The notes below the pieces were generated by a model. That model saw nothing but the letters and a program-made list of their open reading frames with translations. It was not told the origin of the DNA and did not search any database. Made by a program: the position numbers and the translations under genes. A stretch of DNA of 30,000 bases. Source: an uncultured Fibrobacterales bacterium. GTDB taxonomy: Bacteria > Fibrobacterota > Fibrobacteria > Fibrobacterales > CAWVXU01. Positions within the stretch are counted from its first letter, which is position 1; each line of letters begins with the position of its first letter. The DNA is taken from assembly GCA_963934255.1 (NCBI GenBank), contig CAWVXU010000025.1, positions 1-30,000 on the forward strand, written 5' to 3'. Positions 17,519 through 26,770 of the stretch are shown in pieces.

Positions 17519-18417
17519 TTCTATTAAGCAGAATATCAGATGTTCTTATCAGAATTCTTTTAAAATTTAAAGCTTATTTTGATTTAACTAAAGCTCCTGC
17601 AATTGTATTAATTGTGCTTGTTACTTGGATGGGTGGGCTCCTATCTCAGCCCAAAAACTTAAGCGGTGATGTTGGACTCAAATTAGGTGTAGCCCTGATT
17701 TTCATTGCAATTTCTGCTGCAGGTTCACTAGCCCTTAATCAATGGATGGAGTGGCGTACCGATGCTCTTATGGAAAGAACCAAAGTCCGCCCAATTCCAT
17801 CAGGTAGGTTAAGTGCAAATGAAGCTTTGGTCTTTGGCCTGCTATTGTTTCTTATTCCATTACCTATTCTAACCTATTGGGCCTCTCTACAGGCTGCTTT
17901 AGCTACTTTCTTTTGTGGAGCAATCTATTTGCTTGGATATACAATCCTTAAGTCCAAGAGTTCTTGGAGCACATGGGTGGGGGCTATTCCTGGCGCATTA
18001 TTACCATGGATGGGTTGGAGTATTTTTGATAGAGATTATACTATACTGTTTTGGGATGTTGTTCTTATTCTTTATTTTTGGCAAATACCACACACTTTAA
18101 TAATTAGCCTTAAAAATTTTCAAGACTATCAAAATTGTGGGATGAAATTATTCCCAATGTTTGCTGGTGAGATGAATACAAGGCTTCAAGTATTTTTTCA
18201 AAGTATGCTACTCAATATCCTCGTTCTAGTCCCAATTCTCATTGGAGAGAGTGGACCGAAGTATCGAATTATTTGTCTGATTGTAGTGCCTTTAACTAGC
18301 ATTACCTCATTTCTTTATTGGAAAAAGCCGACTCCATTTATCGATAAATTAGCTTTTCGCTCAGGACTTTCCTTTATACCCCTTGTGATTGGGGCTTTAG
18401 TTTTAGAAAGGCTGTAA
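17515..18417 (+). CDS. cyoE: Protoheme IX farnesyltransferase (heme O synthase, CyoE/CtaB)
   Basis: LTK, NQ..E...DALMERT..RPIPSGR, GAIPGAL and WQIPH motifs; start is TTG 17515 (TTGA overlap) or ATG 17503. Confidence 0.92.
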   Translation: MILLSRISDVLIRILLKFKAYFDLTKAPAIVLIVLVTWMGGLLSQPKNLSGDVGLKLGVALIFIAISAAGSLALNQWMEWRTDALMERTKVRPIPSGRLSANEALVFGLLLFLIPLPILTYWASLQAALATFFCGAIYLLGYTILKSKSSWSTWVGAIPGALLPWMGWSIFDRDYTILFWDVVLILYFWQIPHTLIISLKNFQDYQNCGMKLFPMFAGEMNTRLQVFFQSMLLNILVLVPILIGESGPKYRIICLIVVPLTSITSFLYWKKPTPFIDKLAFRSGLSFIPLVIGALVLERL

Positions 18418-18432
18418 TCCTAAGTTATGTAT

Positions 18433-20025
18433 TTATGCAGAGGGTTTTTTCTCTTCGTGATATTCTTGTTCTGTGTTGACTTCCCAAATATTCTCTTTAG
18501 TGAGTATTCCATCTAATACATTATCAACCGCTACCATTGCGGTGAGCATTGAATGGTCTTGGTTGTTATATTTGTGCTGGCCATTTCGTCCAATACAAAA
18601 GAGGTTTTCAAAGGTATTGATATACTCTTTTACCGTTTCAAAATGTTCAAAAGCACCAATATACGAAGGATAAGTTTTCGGGTATCTCATGACCATTGAA
18701 TCTTCCACTTTGGATGCATCAATCAGCCCAATTTTTTCTAATTCATCAATACCAAATTGTGCCATATCTTTATCAGATTTATTCCAAAGCTCATCGCCCT
18801 CGTCTACAAAGTAGTCAAGTCCCATCCATACTTTAGTAGGGTCTTTAAGCATATATGGACTGAAGTTATTATAAATAACTAGGCGACCAATCTTTACATC
18901 GGATTCCTGTATGTAGATCCAGTTATCTTTAATTAATTTTTTTGCATGAGAAGAATCAGGATCTTTGACTTTTAACTCATCGAGAAGTAAGCCTACAGAC
19001 AAGAAATCTCTATAAGCGAGATTGTCAGAAACGTTTTTCACCTGCTTAGGGACTTCAATTTTAAAAGCTTGTAAAAGCTCTTTGATTGACATTGTACTAA
19101 AGAAGTAATCTCCAGTCCAAATTGTTTCTTTCCCTGTCGGATCAATAGTTGTTAAGGAAATAATGTTTTGTCCATCAAGTTGGATACCCACCACTTTTTG
19201 TTTAAAGTGAATTTCTCCACCTGCTTCTATCACTTCGCCAGCCACTTTTTCCCAAAGTTGACCCGGCCCTAATTTAGGATACAAAAAGTGTTCAATTAAT
19301 GAAGTCTGAGTTTCTTTTTGGCCTACACCACTGGCTCTGCCACTGAATATTTTTTTTAACGCATGCTTGACAGCTTCAGTGATTGAAATCCCTTTGACCC
19401 TTTGGGCTCCCCAAGAAGCAGGAATGTCTTTACAAGATACTCCCCAAACCTTTTCAGTATAATCGCGAAAAAAAGTAGCATATAACTCTTCACCAAAACG
19501 GTTAATGAAGAAATCTTCTAAAGTTTTTTCGTTCTTGATAGGGAAGACTGTAATTTTAGCATATGAGGTTAAAATTTTGAAAATTCTTATAATACCTAGG
19601 TTTTTAACTGTGGCTAAACCCAAAGATATTGGATAGTCAAAAAAGGCCCTTAAATAATAGATCCGCGTCATACGATTACATATCATTAAGACATCGTCAG
19701 TTTTCTCAGGATCCACATTTTCTGCGTTTTTGAGTATTTCTTGATCCTCAGGGAAACAATTATTTTGAGAGAAATCTTCTTTTAGAGAAACGTTCTGAAG
19801 AGGGAAGTGTTTTTTCCACCATTCCATAACTCTGTCTGATTTTGAAAAGAAACGGTGTGGGCCAATATCAATTCTATTGCCTTTATAGTTTACAGTGCGA
19901 GCAATTCCTCCAACAACTTCGTCTAGTTCAAGTAGTATAGGTTGGATATCACTTCGATCAATAAATTCTTTTGCAGCAGTAAGTCCGCCAGGGCCAGCCC
20001 CGATAATAATAGCTTTTTTAGGCAT
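18433..20025 (-). CDS. NAD(P)/FAD-dependent oxidoreductase (protoporphyrinogen oxidase / UDP-galactopyranose mutase-like fold)
   Basis: [24 protein letters not shown] and [15 protein letters not shown] motifs; SD AAGGA. Confidence 0.88.
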   Translation of the reverse strand: MPKKAIIIGAGPGGLTAAKEFIDRSDIQPILLELDEVVGGIARTVNYKGNRIDIGPHRFFSKSDRVMEWWKKHFPLQNVSLKEDFSQNNCFPEDQEILKNAENVDPEKTDDVLMICNRMTRIYYLRAFFDYPISLGLATVKNLGIIRIFKILTSYAKITVFPIKNEKTLEDFFINRFGEELYATFFRDYTEKVWGVSCKDIPASWGAQRVKGISITEAVKHALKKIFSGRASGVGQKETQTSLIEHFLYPKLGPGQLWEKVAGEVIEAGGEIHFKQKVVGIQLDGQNIISLTTIDPTGKETIWTGDYFFSTMSIKELLQAFKIEVPKQVKNVSDNLAYRDFLSVGLLLDELKVKDPDSSHAKKLIKDNWIYIQESDVKIGRLVIYNNFSPYMLKDPTKVWMGLDYFVDEGDELWNKSDKDMAQFGIDELEKIGLIDASKVEDSMVMRYPKTYPSYIGAFEHFETVKEYINTFENLFCIGRNGQHKYNNQDHSMLTAMVAVDNVLDGILTKENIWEVNTEQEYHEEKKPSA

Positions 20026-20088
20026 TTCGTTTTTCCTTATGATTCCTTAATATAGCTAGACTTAAGTGACTAAACTTTAGTTTTTTAC

Positions 20089-20967
20089 TCAGAATAAATT
20101 CCAAGTTAGACCAAGACTCATTGACTGATTTCTTTGATATGAACTATCGAGATCAATATCGTAAAGAAGGGCATAAGCTAGACTCATTTCGAGATAACTA
20201 GTCACCGAAGCGGTTAGTGTGTTATCCCAAGACAAGTCAGTTTCTATAGCGCCTTCAAAGTTGTAAAAAAGCCGAAAAGCACTTTTAAAGTTTGCCATTT
20301 CATTGAATGTATAATTGAATTCAGAAATAGATTCAATACCAGGCTCCCATCTAATGGTTTCAATCCGACTAGTTTTTGTATCATCAGCGAATCTTCGTTT
20401 ATGGGCAGTTGCAACAGTTAATTTAGTAGCATAACCCACTCGTTGGCTAAATAGATCACTCGGATTGTAACCAAGACCGATTGAATGAGTCACGTACCCA
20501 GGGTTTAGAAAGTTTGAAATCTTAGTATTTACAATTGTTTTACCATCCTTATCAATATACTCTCCGACCCCCGAGTCAAATTGTGATTCAAATTTAAGGC
20601 CTGTATAGGTATTCATCTTATAAACTAGCTTCTTCGAACCAACAGTTTCAGTGAAAATTTTGTCCGAAAATTTAATCATAGGGTTTTTATTTGACTTGCT
20701 TTTACCATATTCCAAGTCGGCCTTCCAAAACCAAATATATTCAGTATTTTCAAACTGAGTTTTCGCGTCGACTCGAGTTAACCATGACCACATATCACTT
20801 GGCCCTGTATGCCAATTACTAGATGTTTTTGCTTGATTGACATACAAACCTGCAGATAATTGATGAGTCCATGGTCCTGCTGGGGCCACTTCGGGTTCCG
20901 CACATTCACAATCTTGAGAATAACCAGTAAATAGCAGGGATAGAACGAAAAATAATAAGGTATACAT
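20089..20967 (-). CDS. DUF3078-like outer-membrane beta-barrel protein
   Basis: NQ...SNW, LEYG, K..DK, F.SQF..G, SNFLNPGY, W.NTL, LLYD.D motifs and terminal Phe; start ATG 20967 after GAGAG. Confidence 0.8.
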   Translation of the reverse strand: MYTLLFFVLSLLFTGYSQDCECAEPEVAPAGPWTHQLSAGLYVNQAKTSSNWHTGPSDMWSWLTRVDAKTQFENTEYIWFWKADLEYGKSKSNKNPMIKFSDKIFTETVGSKKLVYKMNTYTGLKFESQFDSGVGEYIDKDGKTIVNTKISNFLNPGYVTHSIGLGYNPSDLFSQRVGYATKLTVATAHKRRFADDTKTSRIETIRWEPGIESISEFNYTFNEMANFKSAFRLFYNFEGAIETDLSWDNTLTASVTSYLEMSLAYALLYDIDLDSSYQRNQSMSLGLTWNLF

Positions 20968-20992
20968 GATGTAGTCTCTCGTTTCAAAGTTC

Positions 20993-21014
20993 AAATGTGA
21001 AATATATCACATTT
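20993..21014. promoter_or_regulatory. CRP-type palindromic operator
   Basis: AAATGTGA-AATATA-TCACATTT; both 8-bp arms match the CRP consensus; lies in a divergent intergenic region. Confidence 0.8.
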
Positions 21015-21069
21015 TAAAAATTATGGAATATTACATTTAAGTAATACAGAAATAAACAGGGAAATTCTT

Positions 21070-22371
21070 TTGATAATTAGCATGCGTTTTTTTTGTCTTT
21101 CCCTCCTAATGCCCTTTCTAATGCCCTTCATGGGTTATACTCAAGACACGAAACAAACTATAGATAAACCAAGTATTGGTGTTCTTAAATTTAAGCCTCT
21201 TGGCGAAGAAGCCGTACAAAGTAACTTAGGCATTATTTTAGCCAGCACGCTTGAATCTTCACTTAAAAATCGTTATGAAATGAATCTGGTTGAAAGAGCT
21301 CAGTTAGGCTCTCTCTTTGAAGAGGCTGCTTTCCAAGATGATATGTTCGTCAATGGAGTGGCTCCGGCAGATTTTATCCTAGTTGCCAATTTCAAAGGAA
21401 GTGAAGCTCACCTTATTGTAATCTTAAAATTAATAGACACTAAGACGACTATGGCGGTAATTCAAGAGAAATTAGAAGGTAATCTAGAGCAAGTTTTAGA
21501 CCAACTTTACCTTCATGCTCAAAAAGTCAGTGAACATTTTATGCCCGGAGTACAAAACGAAGTAGGTTTTTTAAGTATTCAAAGTAAACCAAGTGGGGCT
21601 GAAGTTTTACTTAATGGACGCTCCATAGGCTTGACACCCATTTCTGAATACTCAATTAGCCTGAATTCCTCTGAACTTATTATCCGTAAAAAGGGTTATA
21701 TCGAACAAGTTTTTGAAGCACAATTCGACGGTAAAAAAGAACTTCGACATCAAGTGAGTCTGATCAAGAAAAAGAAGGCAACGCATAAAGTGTTTGGAGT
21801 AGGTAGCAAATATATGAAGCCTCAAGTATACAATTTAAGCCCCGGTAATGATTTTTATGTGTTTGCTGGAATGCAATGGGAGAGTTGGATGATCCAAGTT
21901 AAAGGTGGTGGAAGCCAGTTTATATTTGGGGGATACGGACTCGATTACATAGATAAATGGAGTGTCCCTAGCGATATACATCCTGACGAGAGCGAAACAA
22001 GAAAATTTAATTACAAATATATTTCATTAAACTTTGACTATGTCTTTAATCCCAATAATCCATATTACACTCCTTATGTTGGTGGTGGAGTTGGGATGGC
22101 TTGGTTAGAAGATAAAAGTGTAGATAAACGGTTTTACGGGGCCCAAGAGGTAGTCATGAGCCTAAAGACACCATTAATTCACTTTGGTGGCGGAGTTCAA
22201 ATACTTCCGGCCTCTCCAATATCATTTCGTATTTATGGAAATTATGAAGCTTTTAAAGAAGAATTCACTTTAAAACAAGTGAAAGAAATCACTGTTGATG
22301 GTATGGTTGATCCTGGTGATCAGTCTACTCAATGGAAAAGCTATAATCTGGGTATAGAAGTTGTTTTCTAA
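21070..22371 (+). CDS. Exported protein: CsgG/TolB-N-like domain + PEGA domain + C-terminal beta-barrel
   Basis: IGVL.F..LVERAQL..L..E..ADFIL; GFLSIQSKPSGAEVLLNG..IG.TP..IRKKGY (PEGA); TPYVGGGVG; terminal YNLGIEVVF. Start is TTG 21070 or ATG 21082. Confidence 0.8.
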   Translation: MIISMRFFCLSLLMPFLMPFMGYTQDTKQTIDKPSIGVLKFKPLGEEAVQSNLGIILASTLESSLKNRYEMNLVERAQLGSLFEEAAFQDDMFVNGVAPADFILVANFKGSEAHLIVILKLIDTKTTMAVIQEKLEGNLEQVLDQLYLHAQKVSEHFMPGVQNEVGFLSIQSKPSGAEVLLNGRSIGLTPISEYSISLNSSELIIRKKGYIEQVFEAQFDGKKELRHQVSLIKKKKATHKVFGVGSKYMKPQVYNLSPGNDFYVFAGMQWESWMIQVKGGGSQFIFGGYGLDYIDKWSVPSDIHPDESETRKFNYKYISLNFDYVFNPNNPYYTPYVGGGVGMAWLEDKSVDKRFYGAQEVVMSLKTPLIHFGGGVQILPASPISFRIYGNYEAFKEEFTLKQVKEITVDGMVDPGDQSTQWKSYNLGIEVVF

Positions 22372-22378
22372 GGTAATA

Positions 22379-23008
22379 ATGAAAAATATAAAAAACAAAA
22401 AAACAAGTAAATTAAGGTTTGGCTTAAAATTGCTCACCCTGTCCTCGCTCATTTTTGTTAGTGCATGTGAAGACACCAATCCAGAAGATTCTTTAGTAGC
22501 CTTTAAAAGTGCTATACAGCCCGCAAAATTATTGGTTCCAATGACAGAAGCCATTAACGGCTTGTTACCAAATGATGGGTCCTCAGTTACCAAAGGTGAT
22601 AATCTCAAATTTTCATGGGGAGCTCAAGAAGACATTGTTTATAGTGCTGTAATATTGCTCGATGAGATTCCTTATTGGAAACAAGGAGATAATCAAGGAT
22701 TCAAGAACCTCCAATCGCACTGTATTGGTGGTGTATCAGAGTTGGCCGGAGACATTTTCTTTGATCAGATAGTGTTGACAAATTCCTTAGAGGACTCTGA
22801 ATTTGGTATTTGTGATTCAAGTTCCAATAATGGTTTGATTTCTGCTACAAAAGTACCCTCATCAACCCGCAAAAACACTGATATCTTTACTTTCACTCAT
22901 TCGAGTTTAGATACTTTATCAACCATCTATTGGGCTGTCCTAGGTTATGATGTGAATTTTAAAATCATTTACTCCTCGAGTGTGAATGAATTGAATTTGG
23001 AGAATTAA
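22379..23008 (+). CDS. Putative lipoprotein
   Basis: Lipobox FVSA-C followed by EDT; ATG 22379 after AAGGT. Confidence 0.75.
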   Translation: MKNIKNKKTSKLRFGLKLLTLSSLIFVSACEDTNPEDSLVAFKSAIQPAKLLVPMTEAINGLLPNDGSSVTKGDNLKFSWGAQEDIVYSAVILLDEIPYWKQGDNQGFKNLQSHCIGGVSELAGDIFFDQIVLTNSLEDSEFGICDSSSNNGLISATKVPSSTRKNTDIFTFTHSSLDTLSTIYWAVLGYDVNFKIIYSSSVNELNLEN

Positions 23009-23009
23009 T

Positions 23010-23657
23010 ATGAAGAGTATTTATCTATTAATTGCAATCACTCTGATTCTTCTCGGTTGTGAAGATGTAGCTGCCCCAAGTGATAATTCACTGGGTGGGC
23101 AAATACCCTCAGCTACGGACATAAATGATTTAAACAATGAGGGCGCTATACTTCAAGGCCAAATTGTGGATACCATCTCTAATTCTTTCGGTGAAATAGA
23201 AATTCACATCAAGGATTATGAGCTAGTAAGTGATAAGTCTACCGGTGAGATTGACACTGTATTCGCAGAAGACTCTTTAGTATATACTGAAGCCGAATGG
23301 GTTGAAGAAGTAGGAGAAATTGAAGATGTGAAAGATTCTATTTTAGCTTCATCAAATACAATTGAAATCCTTAATGAGTATTCAAACTCTGTGTATATTG
23401 AGGTTTGGAGTGGTGTGAGCCTAGAATACAACGAAGGCAGTGTTGTAGGTTATCAGGTTAAACGAGTTCAGCGATTAATTGAGGTGTCAAGTCAAGAGAG
23501 CCAGGCCTTACTTTTTGAAGAAGGTCAGCCTCACCTTATTGTTGTCGGTCTTATAAGAGATGGTTATTACCGTTTTTTAACGAGCGAAAACTTGAGTTCA
23601 ACAGATATCGGTATTGAACTCAAATTAAATAATCAAGGCTCTTTATCTTGGAAATAA
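23010..23657 (+). CDS. Putative acidic lipoprotein
   Basis: Lipobox LLG-C followed by EDV; SD GGAG; starts 1 nt after the upstream stop. Confidence 0.8.
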   Translation: MKSIYLLIAITLILLGCEDVAAPSDNSLGGQIPSATDINDLNNEGAILQGQIVDTISNSFGEIEIHIKDYELVSDKSTGEIDTVFAEDSLVYTEAEWVEEVGEIEDVKDSILASSNTIEILNEYSNSVYIEVWSGVSLEYNEGSVVGYQVKRVQRLIEVSSQESQALLFEEGQPHLIVVGLIRDGYYRFLTSENLSSTDIGIELKLNNQGSLSWK

Positions 23658-23771
23658 TAAGAAACTCATGATTATTCGATAGACCCGAATTGACAGATAT
23701 TTATGAGCTTAAATCATTAGAGTTCCATTATTGAAATCACGATTCAGGCTAATAAAATACAATCACAGTCT

Positions 23772-23808
23772 AAAAAAAAGACCATCACAATGAAGTGATA
23801 GTCTTTTT
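23772..23808 (-). terminator. Intrinsic terminator after tRNA-Ser, possibly bidirectional
   Basis: Minus strand reads AAAAAGACTATCAC-TTCATT-GTGATGGTCTTTTTTTT. Confidence 0.82.
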
Positions 23809-23810
23809 AG

Positions 23811-23891
23811 CGGAAGATGAGGGACTCGAACCCCCAAGCCTTACGGCGGCGGTTTTCAAGACCGCTGACTTACCAATTAGCCTAATCTTCC
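23811..23891 (-). tRNA. tRNA-Ser(TGA), CCA not encoded
   Basis: Acceptor GGAAGAT/ATCTTCC + G73; D stem GGCT/AGTC; anticodon arm GCGGT-CTTGAAA-ACCGC; variable region CGCCGTAAGGCTT; T arm GGGGG-TTCGAGT-CCCTC. Confidence 0.95.
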
Positions 23892-23903
23892 TTAGGTGGC
23901 TCA

Positions 23904-23932
23904 ATATTAAAAATGGTATAACTTTATGTCAA
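23904..23932 (-). promoter_or_regulatory. Sigma-70 promoter of the tRNA gene
   Basis: TTGACA (23932-23927) - 17 nt - TAATAT (23909-23904), followed by a GC-rich discriminator-like stretch. Confidence 0.75.
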
Positions 23933-24002
23933 GGTTTAATATCGGGATTTTATTCTCTTTCTTATATTTATTTGAAAAGAACTATTAAAAGGACGTTTCC
24001 GC

Positions 24003-25229
24003 ATGGCAAAAATCAATTCAAACTATGGTAAATTACAAGCTGGATATTTATTTCCAGAAATTGGGCGTCGTGTAAATGAGTTTTCTCAAACTAACCCTGA
24101 TGCAAAAGTTATTCGCCTAGGCATTGGCGATGTTGTACTACCACTTCCTGAGGCTTGTCGTGATGCAATCAAATCAGCTGTTGATGAGATGGGTACTATT
24201 GAAGGTTTCCGCGGATATGGACCAGAGCAAGGCTATGATTTTTTAAGAAATGCAATCTCTAAAGATTACACGGACCGTAATATTGATGTTAGAGTTGATG
24301 AAATTTTTGTATCTGATGGATCCAAATGTGATTCAGGCAATATCCAAGAAATATTTTCAGCGGACTCAACTATCGCTGTTACTGACCCAGTCTACCCTGT
24401 CTATGTAGATACCAATGTCATGGCTGGACGTACCGGTAAATCTGATACTGATGGTCAATATGATGGTCTAGTTTACCTTCCTACTGTTGAAGCCAATAAC
24501 TACGAACCTTCATTCCCAAAGACTCCTACAGATATCGTATACCTATGTTCTCCTAACAATCCAACCGGTACTGTTCTATCTAAAGAAAAGCTTAAAGCAT
24601 GGGTTGATTATGCCAAAGAAACAAACACATTGATTTTGTTTGATGCAGCTTATGCTGACTTTATTTCCAATCCAGACCTTCCAAAGTCTATTTATGAAAT
24701 CGAAGGTGCTCGCGAAGTTGCCATCGAATTCCGTTCATTATCGAAAAATGCTGGTTTCACAGGTACGCGTTGTGCTTACACTATCGTTCCTAAAGAACTC
24801 ATGGGTAAAAATGATCAAGGCGAAGATGTGTCTATACATGCTCTTTGGAATCGTCGTCATTGTACCAAATTTAATGGTGTTTCGTATCCAATTCAACGCG
24901 GTGCTGAAGCTTCATTTACACCTGAAGGCAAAGCCCAAATACAAGAGCTCATCAACTACTACATGGAAAATGCTAAAATAATCAAAGCCGGACTCAATGC
25001 CCTAGGTATTGATACCTTTGGCGGAGAAAATGCTCCATATATCTGGTTAAAAGCTCCTCAAAATAAAGGTTCATGGGAATTCTTTGACTGGTTGTTAGAA
25101 ACTTGTCAGATAGTTGGTACTCCTGGTGCAGGATTTGGCTCTGCGGGTGAAGGATATTTCAGAATATCATCATTTGCCATCCGTGAGAATGTTTTAGAAG
25201 CTGTTGAAAGAATGAAAAAAGCCATTTAA
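24003..25229 (+). CDS. dapL: LL-diaminopimelate aminotransferase
   Basis: [50 protein letters not shown] and PG.GFG..GEGYFR motifs. Confidence 0.97.
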   Translation: MAKINSNYGKLQAGYLFPEIGRRVNEFSQTNPDAKVIRLGIGDVVLPLPEACRDAIKSAVDEMGTIEGFRGYGPEQGYDFLRNAISKDYTDRNIDVRVDEIFVSDGSKCDSGNIQEIFSADSTIAVTDPVYPVYVDTNVMAGRTGKSDTDGQYDGLVYLPTVEANNYEPSFPKTPTDIVYLCSPNNPTGTVLSKEKLKAWVDYAKETNTLILFDAAYADFISNPDLPKSIYEIEGAREVAIEFRSLSKNAGFTGTRCAYTIVPKELMGKNDQGEDVSIHALWNRRHCTKFNGVSYPIQRGAEASFTPEGKAQIQELINYYMENAKIIKAGLNALGIDTFGGENAPYIWLKAPQNKGSWEFFDWLLETCQIVGTPGAGFGSAGEGYFRISSFAIRENVLEAVERMKKAI

Positions 25230-25281
25230 TTAATTCAACCTTTGGATGTGATCTTTTTTAAGGTACAATCCAGCTGTAAAT

Positions 25282-25295
25282 TTGATTTATATCAA
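25282..25295. promoter_or_regulatory. FNR-type box overlapping the SD of the HD-GYP gene
   Basis: TTGAT-TTAT-ATCAA, an exact TTGAT-N4-ATCAA match; AAGGAG at 25294-25299. Confidence 0.6.
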
Positions 25296-25306
25296 GGAGT
25301 AGAGCA

Positions 25307-26437
25307 ATCTTAAATTTAAGCAAAACTGAGTTATCGGCTGAAGATTTATCTAAAACTCTCTTTCACTATTCTGCGAAAATTGCAGGCGAGCGTGATTTAG
25401 AAAAACTAATTGTTTTGATGAATGATTTAGGTCGAGATATTCTCGTCAGTGACCGTTGTACCTTGTGGCTTATTGATGATGTTCACAATGAGACATATAC
25501 ACATGTAGGGCATGGAATAGACGCACTTAGGATGACTCAAGACAAAGGTATTGTAGGTGAGTGTATTCAAGGTAAAAGGCCAATTATTATTAATAATGTT
25601 TATGATGATGAGCGTTTCAATAAGGAAATGGATTTAAAAACAGGATATAAAACCGAGTCTATCCTTGCTGTTCCGATTTATCGAAATGACGGTCATGTCA
25701 TGGGTGTTTATCAAGCAATTAATAAATTGGCTGGGGACAAAATGTTCACCAATCAAGATATTGAACGATTGATTATGACAGCGACCTTCTCGAGTAAATC
25801 TATTGAATCAGCTGTTCTTTATGAGGAAGTTGAAGAGACTCAAAAGGAGCTTGTTTATATACTTGGTGAAGCAGGAGAAAGCCGGTCTAAAGAGACTGGT
25901 AATCATGTTAGGCGTGTCGGTGAATTTAGTTATGTACTCGCAAAAGCCTATGGGCTAAATGAAGAAGAGTGTCAATTGATACGACTAGGTGCTCCACTAC
26001 ATGATTTGGGAAAGGTGGCTATTCCTGATGCTATTTTGAACAAGCCAGGTAAGCTCACTGAAGAAGAATTTGAGATCATGAAAGATCACGCTGTTATTGG
26101 ATATAATATCCTGAATAAGTCTCAGCGTAGAATTCTGCAAGCTGCAGCGATTATGGCTTATGAGCACCAAGAAAAATACAATGGCAGAGGTTACCCACGA
26201 GGACTCAAAGGTGAAGAAATTCATATATATGGGCGTATTTGTGCAATTGCTGATGTATTTGACGCCTTATCTCATGATAGGTGTTATAAAAAGGCTTGGC
26301 CATTTGATAAAGTGGTCAGCCTTTTCATTGAAGAGCGCGGCGAACACTTTGATCCTCATATAGTGGATTTGATGCTAGAGAATATTGATGAATTTAAGCG
26401 TATCAAAGATGAGTATGCAGATAAATTTGACCACTAA
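25307..26437 (+). CDS. GAF + HD-GYP cyclic-dinucleotide phosphodiesterase; probable ATC start
   Basis: GAF domain (GIVG, DERFN..D..TGYKT.SILAVP, NK..FT..D), ETGNHV.RV, LHDLGK, HQE, GRGYP and ADVFDAL. The frame is open upstream of the track start (25415) back to TGA 25283-25285. Confidence 0.88.
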   Translation: MLNLSKTELSAEDLSKTLFHYSAKIAGERDLEKLIVLMNDLGRDILVSDRCTLWLIDDVHNETYTHVGHGIDALRMTQDKGIVGECIQGKRPIIINNVYDDERFNKEMDLKTGYKTESILAVPIYRNDGHVMGVYQAINKLAGDKMFTNQDIERLIMTATFSSKSIESAVLYEEVEETQKELVYILGEAGESRSKETGNHVRRVGEFSYVLAKAYGLNEEECQLIRLGAPLHDLGKVAIPDAILNKPGKLTEEEFEIMKDHAVIGYNILNKSQRRILQAAAIMAYEHQEKYNGRGYPRGLKGEEIHIYGRICAIADVFDALSHDRCYKKAWPFDKVVSLFIEERGEHFDPHIVDLMLENIDEFKRIKDEYADKFDH

Positions 26438-26473
26438 TACATGCCGGACAAATGATCTTGATACGACTTTTTT

Positions 26474-26734
26474 TTATTCAGATGAGTATTCAGATCCCCA
26501 ATCTCCACAGCAGGGGCCATTATGTACGGCATTCAACCACTCTTCTTGAGTCAACTCATTTGGGCTTTTGTTTGCATTCGTTTTTTTCTTAGCATGGCAC
26601 GCTTTGCTTAATTCTGTCTCTTCTTCAGCCATGGTTCCTTGTTCTTTTTCAGTGTCATTACAATATGAGCATAGTTCTAGCCCAACATATCCCTGACCTT
26701 CACAGGCCGGACAAACATAACCGCATCCAGCCAT
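26474..26734 (-). CDS. Small Cys-rich putative metal-binding protein
   Basis: SD GAGG; CPACEGQG (CxxCxGxG), CSYC and HNGPCC. Confidence 0.7.
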   Translation of the reverse strand: MAGCGYVCPACEGQGYVGLELCSYCNDTEKEQGTMAEEETELSKACHAKKKTNANKSPNELTQEEWLNAVHNGPCCGDWGSEYSSE

Positions 26735-26770
26735 TTTAAAACCTCTTTTGAAATTTGATAGGAAGTGTGT

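Noticed and set aside
18433..23810. Genomic island integrated at the tRNA 3' end
   Set aside because: No integrase, and no duplicated tRNA 3' segment was seen
23811..23891. tRNA-Sec or allo-tRNA (5' end GGAAGAT resembles selC)
   Set aside because: Anticodon is TGA rather than TCA, and the fold is a standard 7/5 with a short variable arm
23795..24031. 78-aa ORF in the track
   Set aside because: Antisense reading of the tRNA gene and its promoter
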